Assembly (NCBI GenBank): GCA_964490505.1
Contig: CAZBCP010000016.1
Span: forward strand, 36,676-100,675
Source of the DNA: an uncultured Ohtaekwangia sp.
Lineage (GTDB): Bacteria; Bacteroidota; Bacteroidia; Cytophagales; Cyclobacteriaceae
DNA length: 64,000 nt
Direction of reading: 5' to 3'
Shown here: positions 15,556-24,473 of the stretch, one piece after another
How positions within the stretch are numbered: the first letter of the stretch is position 1
Layout of the letters: every line of letters begins with the position of its first letter
The notes under the pieces: generated by a model
What the model saw: only the letters and a program-made list of their open reading frames with translations
Told to the model about the DNA's origin: nothing
Database searches by the model: none
Program-made: the position numbers and the translations under genes

Positions 15556-16149
15556 CTATTTAAGATCGAGGATCTCCAGCGCCTGTTTTTCGTATGCCGC
15601 AAGGCGTCGCTTATAGTCCGCCTGGTTGCTTACAAGACTGAGATAGTAGTACGCTCCTTCGATCAGCACGAAGATCATATCGGCGGTATTCTCAACATCT
15701 TTTACCGAGATCACTTTGTTGGCTTTGGCTTCCATCAAAGCTTCGGTTAGCATTTGCCTTAAGCTGTCGTGAAGATTTTTGTAGTGGACTTTGATCGTCT
15801 TATTCCGGAAGATCAACGCGTAGCAGCTAAAAAATACGCCGTCGTCGAAGAGATTGTTCCACTCGCGCGAGAACAGGTTCGAAATGATCTTTCGAAGTCT
15901 TGTCTCAGGATCTGTGGTCCCGTTCTGCGGATTGTAAATAAGCCTGTACCGCTCCATGATATATTCGATCAGGCCCAGGATAAGGTCTTGCTTTGTCTCG
16001 AAGTAATGGATCACGAGGCTCGGATTTACTTTAAGCACCGCCGCAACTTTTGCGATCGACGCGTTCTCGAGCCCCTCCTTGCGGGCAACTTTATAAAATG
16101 CTTTAACGATCTCCTTCTGTCGAAGCGGCTTTAAACTCTTACGCCCCAT
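15556..16149 (-). CDS. TetR/AcrR-family transcriptional regulator
   Basis: N-terminal TetR HTH (IVKAFYKVARKEGLENASIAKVAAVLKVNPSLVIHYFETKQDL). Divergent from the susC-like gene. Confidence 0.85.
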   Translation of the reverse strand: MGRKSLKPLRQKEIVKAFYKVARKEGLENASIAKVAAVLKVNPSLVIHYFETKQDLILGLIEYIMERYRLIYNPQNGTTDPETRLRKIISNLFSREWNNLFDDGVFFSCYALIFRNKTIKVHYKNLHDSLRQMLTEALMEAKANKVISVKDVENTADMIFVLIEGAYYYLSLVSNQADYKRRLAAYEKQALEILDLK

Positions 16150-16242
16150 GGTTTACGTTGAGTTGGGTAGGTAACGAAAAGATAACACTAAAAAGTAACC
16201 GACGCGATTTTTTTGTTCGGGAAAAAATGAGTAATTATAAAT

Positions 16243-16260
16243 TGAATGAACGTTCAATCA
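16243..16260. promoter_or_regulatory. Near-perfect 18-bp palindrome in the tetR/susC divergent intergenic region (candidate TetR operator)
   Basis: TGAATGAACGTTCAATCA has 8 of 9 symmetric pairs, with a perfect 10-bp core TGAACGTTCA (16247-16256). It lies 23-40 nt upstream of the susC-like ATG. Confidence 0.5.
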
Positions 16261-16282
16261 AAAAATCCCAACCCAAGTACAT

Positions 16283-19200
16283 ATGTTTAAACCTTTACTG
16301 AAAAAGACAGGGTTAATCCCAATCGTACGTATTACTTGCACAGCAGCCGCACTCCTCCTCGTCAGCACCCTCCATTTGCTGGCGCAGGGAATCACCGTTT
16401 CAGGTACCGTTACCGACAAGGGCGCGCCACTACCCGGCGTCAGCATACTCGTTAAGGGAACCAACATCGGTACTACCAGCGACGGCGAGGGCAAGTACAC
16501 AATCGCAACACCTGCCGACGGCAACATTCTTGTCTTCAGCTTTATCGGCTACAAAACGCAAGAGCTGTCGATCGGCAACCGCACCGAGCTGAATGTAGAA
16601 ATGGAAGAAGACGTGCAGGCACTGACCGAAGTGGTCGTTACCGCACTCGGCGTACAACGCGAGGCAAAAGCGCTCGGCTACGCAACACAAAAACTGGAAG
16701 GCGCAGCGATGACAAAAGCACGCGAACCGAACATCTTCAACTCCATGACAGGAAAGATCGCCGGCCTCCAGATCAACAACCAAACCGACCTCTTCCAAAG
16801 CCCAACCATCCTGCTCCGCGGGGCAAAGCCGCTGATCGTTATCGACGGTGTGCCCAGTGTCGACAACGACCTCTGGAAAGTGAATGCCGATGATATCGAA
16901 TCGATGACCGTATTGAAAGGTGCAACAGCTGCCGCACTCTACGGATCTATCGGCGGCGGCGGTGCTATCATGATCGTAACCAAGCGTGGACAAAACAAAA
17001 CAAAGGTCGACATCAACACCAGCACGATGTTCCAACCGAGCTTCATCCGCATACCGAAAGTTCAACACACTTACGGCAACGGTAACAACGGGCAGTACGC
17101 ATACCAGGATGGCTCCGGCGGCGGACTCGAAGGTGGCGGTTGGATCTGGGGACCGAAGCTCGATCAACCGGGCTTCGTTACAACACAATACGACAGCCCA
17201 CGCGATCCCGATACAGGCGAATTGATACCGACACCTTTCGTTTCGCGTGGCAAGAATAACGTCGAGAACTTCTTCCGCACCGGTATGATCCAAACGACCA
17301 ACGTTGCAGTAAGCGGCGGCAACGAGAACAACAACTTCCGCATATCGGCATCAAACGTTTATCAAAAAGGTATTGTACCCAATACTCAACTCAACAATAC
17401 ATCATTTAGCGTTGCCGGTGGTTTCACGGTATCGACAAAACTTAAGGCCGATGCCTCACTCACTTACAATCGTCAGTACACCGACAACTTCCCTGAAGTG
17501 GGGTATGGACCAAACAACTACTTATACAATCTTGTGCTTTGGATCGGTCCCGATATCGACGTGCGCGACTTAAGAAATGTGTGGGTCCCAGGCAAGGAAG
17601 GCCTGCAACAAAAGAACTACAATATGTCGTGGTACAACAACCCATACTTCCAGGCAACGCAATACCTGCGTGGTTATTACCGCGATAATGTGTTCGGTCA
17701 ATTCAAACTGGATTATAACATCCTTCCTGGACTCGACCTTACGTTAAGAACAGGTGTTAATGAGTTCACACTCAATCGTACTTACAAAGAGCCCAAGAGC
17801 TACGTGAGATATGATTACGTTTCTGATGGAAACTTCTATCTGAGTGGTGAAACCGGTCTGAACCTGAACACAGACTTCATAGCACGTTATAACAAGAAGT
17901 TCGGTGATAACTTTTCATTGACGGTCAGCGGTGGTGGCGCCAATCGCTGGCGATCGAATCGACTCAATAATCAATATACCGACGGACTTGTGATACCTGA
18001 GTTCTATAACCTGAGCAACTCGAAGAAGCCAGTCATAGGTACGAACGAAGACCAGGAAGAAAAAGTGAACAGTCTTTATGGAACAGTAGACCTCGAAGTT
18101 TTCAGGAGTATATTTCTTGGAGCTACGTTCCGCAACGACTGGGTTTCAACACTTTCACCCGGTCATAATTCATTCTTCTATCCTTCAACAACTCTCTCGG
18201 CTGTCATCAGTGATTATGTTGATCTGAGTTCAGCAAGAATATCGTTTTTGAAGTTGCGTGGTTCGTTAGCCCGCGTTGGTGCGGGAAAACTTACAGGTCT
18301 CGCTCCATGGTATAACGACATCTATCCATATCAACACCTCGTTGGTTATGAGCAGGGCCCGATGTGGAACAACCAGCCTTCGCTCAACTGGCCGGGTGTT
18401 CTTCGTGCTCCAAACCTTAATCCTTATACCACGGATACGTGGGAATTTGGTGCCGATGTTCGATTTCTCGATGGACGCTTGGGATTCGATCTCGCAGTTT
18501 ATCACGTTCGTGAATTCAACAAGCTGATCAATCCTCCGATATCTATAACAAGTCTTTATTCCAGCTATGTACTTAACGGTGGTGAGTTCGAGCGAAAAGG
18601 CGGAGAGTTAACGATAACTGGCATCCCTGTAAAGACTCCAGAGTTCCAATGGAATGTTCTGTTGAACCTCAGCAAGAGCCATCGCTATTTGAAGTCAGCC
18701 CAGGGCGCCGACAATATTTATATAAAACCAGGTCATAGAACTGACGAGATCTGGTCGTATGGATTCGCTCACACTCCGGGTGGACAACTGATATTAAGAA
18801 GTGACGGTTTCCCATTGGATGATCCGTATCCACGGATGCTTGGTCACTATGATCCCGATTTTATTTTCGGATTGCAGAACAGTTTCAATTATAAGAGCTT
18901 CTCGCTTAATGTTTCGGTTGATGGTCGTGTAGGTGGCAAGATGTATTCTACTACCAACCAGAAAATGTGGTGGGGCGGCACTCATCCGGAAACCGTAAAT
19001 CATTATCGTGATGAAGCCAATGCCGGCCAGGCGACCTACATCGCACCAGGTGTTGTGGTGGTGGAAGGAGCTGTTCAATACGATGAAGTGGGAAATATTG
19101 TTAGCGACAACCGGGTATACGCGCCCAACACAACGCCGGTTAACTACATCTCGTGGAATATCAATACGAGCAACGCCTTCCTCAATCATTACTACAACCA

Positions 19201-19414
19201 ATCGTTCCTGAAGCTTCGCGAGATCACGTTGACTTATCGTGTGCCTGCGCAGGTCCTCGCAAAGACATTCTTTCAGACTGCTTCGGTCTCGTTTGTGGCA
19301 AGGAACATCGCCGTATTTACAAAGATGCCGAATGTTGACCCGGACGTCGGAAGCGATAACCTCCAGACTCCTTCGACCCGGAATTTCGGATTCAACGTAA
19401 ACTTCTCATTCTAA
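16283..19414 (+). CDS. SusC/RagA-family TonB-linked outer-membrane protein
   Basis: 1043 aa. It has a carboxypeptidase-regulatory-like domain (ITVSGTVTDKGAPLPGVSILVKGTNIGTTSDGEGKYTI), a Plug (LTEVVVTALG...ESMTVLKGATAAALYG) and a C-terminal barrel ending NVNFSF. A SusD-like gene follows immediately. Confidence 0.9.
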   Translation: MFKPLLKKTGLIPIVRITCTAAALLLVSTLHLLAQGITVSGTVTDKGAPLPGVSILVKGTNIGTTSDGEGKYTIATPADGNILVFSFIGYKTQELSIGNRTELNVEMEEDVQALTEVVVTALGVQREAKALGYATQKLEGAAMTKAREPNIFNSMTGKIAGLQINNQTDLFQSPTILLRGAKPLIVIDGVPSVDNDLWKVNADDIESMTVLKGATAAALYGSIGGGGAIMIVTKRGQNKTKVDINTSTMFQPSFIRIPKVQHTYGNGNNGQYAYQDGSGGGLEGGGWIWGPKLDQPGFVTTQYDSPRDPDTGELIPTPFVSRGKNNVENFFRTGMIQTTNVAVSGGNENNNFRISASNVYQKGIVPNTQLNNTSFSVAGGFTVSTKLKADASLTYNRQYTDNFPEVGYGPNNYLYNLVLWIGPDIDVRDLRNVWVPGKEGLQQKNYNMSWYNNPYFQATQYLRGYYRDNVFGQFKLDYNILPGLDLTLRTGVNEFTLNRTYKEPKSYVRYDYVSDGNFYLSGETGLNLNTDFIARYNKKFGDNFSLTVSGGGANRWRSNRLNNQYTDGLVIPEFYNLSNSKKPVIGTNEDQEEKVNSLYGTVDLEVFRSIFLGATFRNDWVSTLSPGHNSFFYPSTTLSAVISDYVDLSSARISFLKLRGSLARVGAGKLTGLAPWYNDIYPYQHLVGYEQGPMWNNQPSLNWPGVLRAPNLNPYTTDTWEFGADVRFLDGRLGFDLAVYHVREFNKLINPPISITSLYSSYVLNGGEFERKGGELTITGIPVKTPEFQWNVLLNLSKSHRYLKSAQGADNIYIKPGHRTDEIWSYGFAHTPGGQLILRSDGFPLDDPYPRMLGHYDPDFIFGLQNSFNYKSFSLNVSVDGRVGGKMYSTTNQKMWWGGTHPETVNHYRDEANAGQATYIAPGVVVVEGAVQYDEVGNIVSDNRVYAPNTTPVNYISWNINTSNAFLNHYYNQSFLKLREITLTYRVPAQVLAKTFFQTASVSFVARNIAVFTKMPNVDPDVGSDNLQTPSTRNFGFNVNFSF

Positions 19415-19431
19415 TCTTAACGAAGAATCAG

Positions 19432-20904
19432 ATGAAAACAATAAAAATATTCGCACTCATAGGTTCGTTACTCTGGGCCAACTCCTGTAAAGACTTCGAC
19501 GAACTGCAGGTCGATCCGAATCGTACGACGGCAGCCAATCCAAGTTTGCTGCTTACTAATCTTGAGGTCACCACTTTCAATAACATAAGTGTTGGAGCTG
19601 CATTAGCGTCACGCATGATGGTGTATACCGATGGCTCGGATGACAACCAGTATTACGGATGGCAACGGAGTTCATACTATCGATATGATTATCTCAGGCA
19701 GGTTGTGAAGATGAATGAAGAGGCTGACCGTGTTGAAGCTCCGAATTACAAGGCACTGGGTCTATTCTTTGCGTCGGTTAACATTCTCGAGATCACGAAG
19801 GTGTTCGGAGATGTTCCCTATTCTGAATCGCTTGCGGGTGGAAATCTTACTCCTGCTTACGACACGCAGGAGTCCATTTACCTGAAAGTGCTGAACGATC
19901 TCGATGAAGCAAACAATTCACTAAGCGCAAATAACGGAACTATCAATGGCGACGTGGTCTTTAATGGCGAGATCGACAAATGGAAGAGGCTCATAAACTC
20001 TTACACGCTCAGAGTCCTGATCAGTCTTTCGAAGCACACGGGCAATACCAGTCTCGATGTCAAGAATCGTTTCAACAAGATCTTCAGCGATCCGATCAAG
20101 TATCCGATCATGACATCGAACGAAGACAATGGTGATCTTGAGTTCCTCGATCAGTCAACGCCGACCAGCTTGCTCGGTAACCGATATCCATTCTATAATA
20201 GCAACAGTTTCAAGACTGCCTATTACATGGAGGAGTCGTTTGTAGATCTCCTGAAAGGTTTTGCTGATCCGCGTTTGTTTGTGATGGCAGGCAAGAAACC
20301 ACAGGGAAGCGGGTTGGCCGATGATGATCCCGATGCATACGGCGGACTGGATGGAAGCGCTCCTTTGTCCGAGAACACCGTTCGTCTCGTGAATGGCGAG
20401 GCTTCGAAGGTAGCTGCACGTTATTACAGCGACCCCGTGAACGAGCCGAGTGTGTTGATGGGCTATGCTGAACTGGAATTTACGCTTGCCGAGGCCGCAG
20501 AGCTTGGATGGATCACCGCAGATGTTGAGGAACACTATCTGAAAGGTATACACGCCTCTCTGGATTTCTATGGTATCGATTCAGACGCGCAGGACGATTA
20601 TGTTTTGGAAAGCGGTGTTGCTTTCAACCCTGGATCGGCTATCGAGCAGATCATCACCCAGAAGTACATCAACTTCTTTTTGCAGGGAGGCTGGGAAGCG
20701 TTCTTCAACCACCAGCGCACAGGATTTCCCGAATTCAGCGTCGATGGTGGTGGCGTGTTGAACAACCAGGTCGTACCGAAACGCTGGATGTATCCCAACG
20801 ATGAGTTCACGCTCAACCTTGCAAGCATACAAGCGGCGGTATCGCGACAGTATCCGACCGGCGATAACATTAATGAAGTTATGTGGCTGTTGAAATCAGA
20901 ATAG
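19432..20904 (+). CDS. SusD/RagB-family nutrient-binding outer-membrane lipoprotein
   Basis: Lipoprotein signal (LWANSC), 490 aa, positioned 17 nt after susC. C-terminal block QKYINFFLQGGWEAFFNHQRTGFPEF is typical of SusD-like_2. Confidence 0.85.
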   Translation: MKTIKIFALIGSLLWANSCKDFDELQVDPNRTTAANPSLLLTNLEVTTFNNISVGAALASRMMVYTDGSDDNQYYGWQRSSYYRYDYLRQVVKMNEEADRVEAPNYKALGLFFASVNILEITKVFGDVPYSESLAGGNLTPAYDTQESIYLKVLNDLDEANNSLSANNGTINGDVVFNGEIDKWKRLINSYTLRVLISLSKHTGNTSLDVKNRFNKIFSDPIKYPIMTSNEDNGDLEFLDQSTPTSLLGNRYPFYNSNSFKTAYYMEESFVDLLKGFADPRLFVMAGKKPQGSGLADDDPDAYGGLDGSAPLSENTVRLVNGEASKVAARYYSDPVNEPSVLMGYAELEFTLAEAAELGWITADVEEHYLKGIHASLDFYGIDSDAQDDYVLESGVAFNPGSAIEQIITQKYINFFLQGGWEAFFNHQRTGFPEFSVDGGGVLNNQVVPKRWMYPNDEFTLNLASIQAAVSRQYPTGDNINEVMWLLKSE

Positions 20905-20916
20905 ACTAAACAACAG

Positions 20917-21786
20917 ATGACAATGAAAATTCAAGCAATATTAGTTCTGATCATTTTTGCATTACTGATCTCCTGCAAAGATGACGACACGATACAGGAT
21001 CCTATCTACGAGTTTGTCTCGTTCAAGGACGAGGGTCCCGTGAATATGAATGAGCTGACCAACAGCACCGAGGGATACCCGGTGGTATTACAACTGTGGG
21101 CATTCCAACCGTATTCGGAAGATCTCACTATTCAATATAGTGTGACCGGCAGTAACGCGGAGTCGGGCGTCGACTTTACTGTTACTCCTGCGAATAGCAT
21201 TGCGCTGAAAGCGGGTAAGCTCACATCGGATACCATTTGGGTGAAGACGATCGACAACGGTGCGGGAAGCGTCGATGCACGGGGCTTCGACCTGGCGATC
21301 ACATCGGTAAGCAAGTCGGACATCAAAATCGGTTTGGGTATTACCGAGCCCAGGCAAAAAATACTAACGTTCAACATCCTCGACGACGAATGCAGTCTGA
21401 CGACCGAGATCTATTCGGCAGAAATGAGCAACCTGATCAACATCGATGGATCTTCAGAAACAACAAAACCCGCAACAGGAGTTTTGGTTGGTGATGAAGT
21501 ATCGATCACGGGTGATCTTATCTGGTACGGCGCGATGGACGAACCGCTGGTTCTTACGCTCACGCCGGAGTTCGAAGGTGCAACGAAGGGCACGGTGACG
21601 TTCGGAACACAGTTCATGGGCACAGCCAACGACGGTTATGAATATACGTTCACTCAGGTAGGAACTGGATCATACGATGTTTGCAGTGGAACGATCTCGG
21701 TCACATACGACACATCATATCGCGCTGTTGGTGAAACGGATTGGGTACCCTGGCAACGGGTAACAAACCTGTTCCATGTGCAATAG
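20917..21786 (+). CDS. Surface lipoprotein with a Calx-beta-like segment (PUL accessory protein)
   Basis: Lipobox LLISCKDD. LTIQYSVTGSNAESGVDFTVTPANSIALKAGKLTSDTIWVKTIDNG resembles a Calx-beta repeat. Confidence 0.55.
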   Translation: MTMKIQAILVLIIFALLISCKDDDTIQDPIYEFVSFKDEGPVNMNELTNSTEGYPVVLQLWAFQPYSEDLTIQYSVTGSNAESGVDFTVTPANSIALKAGKLTSDTIWVKTIDNGAGSVDARGFDLAITSVSKSDIKIGLGITEPRQKILTFNILDDECSLTTEIYSAEMSNLINIDGSSETTKPATGVLVGDEVSITGDLIWYGAMDEPLVLTLTPEFEGATKGTVTFGTQFMGTANDGYEYTFTQVGTGSYDVCSGTISVTYDTSYRAVGETDWVPWQRVTNLFHVQ

Positions 21787-21818
21787 CATTTGTTTTTAGC
21801 GTTAGTGGTTCCTTGAAA

Positions 21819-21867
21819 GCCTGCCCTACCGGCAGGCAGGCCCGCGGCGAAAGTTGCGGGCTTTTTT
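21819..21867 (+). terminator. Palindromic element copy 2 followed by a canonical intrinsic terminator
   Basis: GCCTGCC-CTACC-GGCAGGC, with the 12-mer CCGGCAGGCAGG at 21829-21840. Then comes GCCCGC-GGCGAAAGTT-GCGGGC plus TTTTTT (21840-21867). Confidence 0.7.
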
Positions 21868-21892
21868 ATCGATCTTGTAGAAAAACACGTCG

Positions 21893-23035
21893 ATGAAGTG
21901 CTTACTAGCAATTGCGCTGGCGCTCACCACCCTCCTCGCCTTCTCCCAAAACCCCGAGATCGAAGGCCATAATCAGCTCGCACTGCAGCTTCTTGCGGCG
22001 AAACATAAGCCCGGTGAGAATCTGATCCTCTCTCCATTCAATATCTATTCTAATCTCGCGATACTCAGCACAGGCGCTGCGAGCGAAGCAGAAGAAGAGC
22101 TTCGCAAGGTATTGGGAAGCAAGGATCCCGCGAAAACCGTCGCTTCATTCCAAACAAAATTTCAAAAGGCCACCGACCACAAGGTCATCTCTATCGGAAA
22201 CTCAATATGGGTAAAAAGAGCCCCTGACGTATTGCCTGAATTTAAAGAACGTTTTAAGCGGGACTTCAACGGCGAACAACAAATTATACCGGTGGATCTG
22301 CCCGAGGCAGTAAAAAAGATCAATGATTGGATCAGCGTCAAGACGGAAAACAAGATCAAGGAAGCGTTAACGGTCGATGACCTGGAGACTGTGGAGGGCG
22401 CATTGATCAATACCATTTTATTCAAAGGAACGTGGGTGACACCGTTTGATCCCGAAGCAACCAGGGAAGACAAGTTCGAGCTTTCAAGGGGAGGCACGAC
22501 CCCCGCGATGTTCATGAATAAACACATGGGTCTCGGCTTGTTTCGAGCCGATCGCTTCTCACTTTACGAGCTCCCGTTCAACGATAGCCTGTCATTTGTT
22601 ATATCGACGGGCAATAGGAGTATGCACGTTGATCAGTTGATCGAAGAGATGCTCAAAGATCCACTCGTGATCTCCTATTTCGAAACACAAACCGAGATAG
22701 TTGAACTTTCTCTGCCCAAATTCAAATTCGGATACAAAACACAGCTGATCCCCGCACTCGAAAAAATCGGGGTGCACCAGGTATTTGCCACAGGCGCACT
22801 CAGTAAAATGTTTGCTCATGGCAGTGGACTTTATTTAAATAAGATGATCCACAACGCGGCGATAGAAATGAACGAGAAGGGGGTTGAAGCAGCAGCGGTA
22901 ACCGTAGCGGGCGTGGCAAGATCAATGCCCACAATCGTGAAGATGAACAGGCCATTCGTGTTCTTTATCCTGTCAAAGCCTTCGAACATTATTCTCTTCG
23001 AGGGTGTGCTGGAAGTGCCGGTGAGCATGCCGTAG
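21893..23035 (+). CDS. Serpin-family serine protease inhibitor, secreted
   Basis: NTILFKGTWVTPFDPEATREDKF, and the hinge/reactive-centre loop NEKGVEAAAVTVAGVARSMPTIVKMNRPFVFFI. Signal peptide present. Confidence 0.85.
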   Translation: MKCLLAIALALTTLLAFSQNPEIEGHNQLALQLLAAKHKPGENLILSPFNIYSNLAILSTGAASEAEEELRKVLGSKDPAKTVASFQTKFQKATDHKVISIGNSIWVKRAPDVLPEFKERFKRDFNGEQQIIPVDLPEAVKKINDWISVKTENKIKEALTVDDLETVEGALINTILFKGTWVTPFDPEATREDKFELSRGGTTPAMFMNKHMGLGLFRADRFSLYELPFNDSLSFVISTGNRSMHVDQLIEEMLKDPLVISYFETQTEIVELSLPKFKFGYKTQLIPALEKIGVHQVFATGALSKMFAHGSGLYLNKMIHNAAIEMNEKGVEAAAVTVAGVARSMPTIVKMNRPFVFFILSKPSNIILFEGVLEVPVSMP

Positions 23036-23076
23036 GTTTGTTGTAATCACTTCTATTTAATATCTTAGACTTAAGA

Positions 23077-23120
23077 GCCCACGTCTCGCAGTTTCGACTG
23101 TGAGATGTGGGCTTTTTATT
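23077..23120 (+). terminator. Intrinsic terminator after the serpin gene
   Basis: GCCCACGTCTCGCA / loop / TGTGAGATGTGGGC followed by TTTTTATTT. Confidence 0.7.
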
Positions 23121-23151
23121 TATACCTGGTCCTATACCCCAAAAGAGTTAC

Positions 23152-24396
23152 ATGAAAACATTTTTAACTATCTGTATCGTTTGCAGTGCGCTGCTGAATG
23201 GCTATGCACAAGAAAAAACCGAAATTCTTGAGATCAAGACGACCGGCCTGGACTCCAAAGATTTTCTAAGTCAGGGTAAGCAAACCTTCATCAAGTACAT
23301 CGTGGAACAAATACCCGCAGATAAATTATTCAAGCTAAAAATACTTGATGCCGATGATGCCACCACCGTCGAGGTCGTGAAGTCGCCCAAGTCGGCTGTA
23401 CATAGACTTGTAATCGAAGAAAGAGAGCTTGCCATTCATCTTCAGAAGGATGAAACGGTGGACTACGAGATCACCATTGTCAAAACTTCAAAAGCACCCG
23501 ACAGCACTGATGCCGAAGAACCCGCAGCACCGGCTGCCGTAACCGATAGCACGGATGCGGATAACGTCGGAACTCCCGTCGCGACGCCTTCGTCTACTAC
23601 AACAGCGCCCGAGGAAACCAAGACAATACAAACGACATACAAGTACTTTATCTCGATATCGACGGACGCTGCGTTCAAACCCAACGCTAATTTTATTTTC
23701 TTGTCCGCCATACGATCCGTTGCCGGCACCGCTCAGTCAAGTGAATTCTTCGACATCAACCTGAAATTCAATTATGGCGATAATTGGTTCACACTTTTCG
23801 GTCTCGACCTAAGTTTGTCTCCCGCAGAGACTGATACATCGCAGATGCGCATCAACGAGGGCATGGCGAGCGTGAATCAATTTGTGAACTCAGGGGAAAA
23901 ACTCAGAAGCGGATTTTTGAATCGCGCATTTTTTTATGGCGCTGGTTTAAAGGTCTTCAACAGGCAACCCTATCTTGGTGTTCACGCCGGAAGCCTGGAG
24001 ATCAACGGTCCGCTGTTCTCTTCTTATCTCATTCTTGGTTATTACCGTAACGCTTACGGCGGTAATGCTCTTTGGACCGGAAAAGCGCGCGAATATCCCG
24101 TGCTTTTCAGAAACAATTTCTATTCAGAATGCACATTGGCATTCGACAACAAAAAAGACGTAGCAGGTATATTATCCGATATTCGAATAAAACTTGGGAT
24201 TTTGGCTCCATTCACGAATAGCGACGACGATCAATGGAAGCCCGATTGGAAGGATGTTCAATACCGGCTCGTACTTGAAGTTCCCATCGGTGGCATCTTC
24301 AAATTCGGTGGCGAGCATCATGATTTTGAGGATGAGAAAAAGGGCCTCTTCGGCAAAAAGAAGGGTAAGAAAAAAGGAGTTACCAACACGAAATAA
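23152..24396 (+). CDS. Secreted protein of unknown function with a Thr/Ala/Pro-rich linker and basic C-terminus
   Basis: Start moved to MKTFLTICIVCSALLNGYAQE (signal peptide), because the track's GTG at 23107 sits inside the serpin terminator. Low-complexity stretch PDSTDAEEPAAPAAVTDSTDADNVGTPVATPSSTTTAPEE. Ends KKGLFGKKKGKKKG. Confidence 0.55.
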   Translation: MKTFLTICIVCSALLNGYAQEKTEILEIKTTGLDSKDFLSQGKQTFIKYIVEQIPADKLFKLKILDADDATTVEVVKSPKSAVHRLVIEERELAIHLQKDETVDYEITIVKTSKAPDSTDAEEPAAPAAVTDSTDADNVGTPVATPSSTTTAPEETKTIQTTYKYFISISTDAAFKPNANFIFLSAIRSVAGTAQSSEFFDINLKFNYGDNWFTLFGLDLSLSPAETDTSQMRINEGMASVNQFVNSGEKLRSGFLNRAFFYGAGLKVFNRQPYLGVHAGSLEINGPLFSSYLILGYYRNAYGGNALWTGKAREYPVLFRNNFYSECTLAFDNKKDVAGILSDIRIKLGILAPFTNSDDDQWKPDWKDVQYRLVLEVPIGGIFKFGGEHHDFEDEKKGLFGKKKGKKKGVTNTK

Positions 24397-24434
24397 GATC
24401 GAGGATACTGTCAACTTAAACGGGTGATTGTTCG

Positions 24435-24470
24435 CGTCGTGGACTTTACGACGTTTATACTTTCTTTTGT
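24435..24470 (+). terminator. Terminator-like hairpin
   Basis: CGTCGT-GGACTTT-ACGACG followed by the T-rich TTTATACTTTCTTTTGTTT. Confidence 0.4.
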
Positions 24471-24473
24471 TTC

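Noticed and set aside
16430-17293. Long antisense or alternative-frame ORFs nested in large genes. Examples: 16430-17293 in susC, 24688-25254 in the PQQ-repeat gene, 28342-28929 in the methyltransferase, 52521-53096 and 53303-53899 in permease 3, and 37968-38390 in permease 1.
   Set aside because: Each lies entirely within a CDS whose translation carries clear family motifs. Their own translations are low-complexity or Arg/Ser/Cys-rich with no motif, which is typical of shadow ORFs in moderately GC-rich coding DNA.
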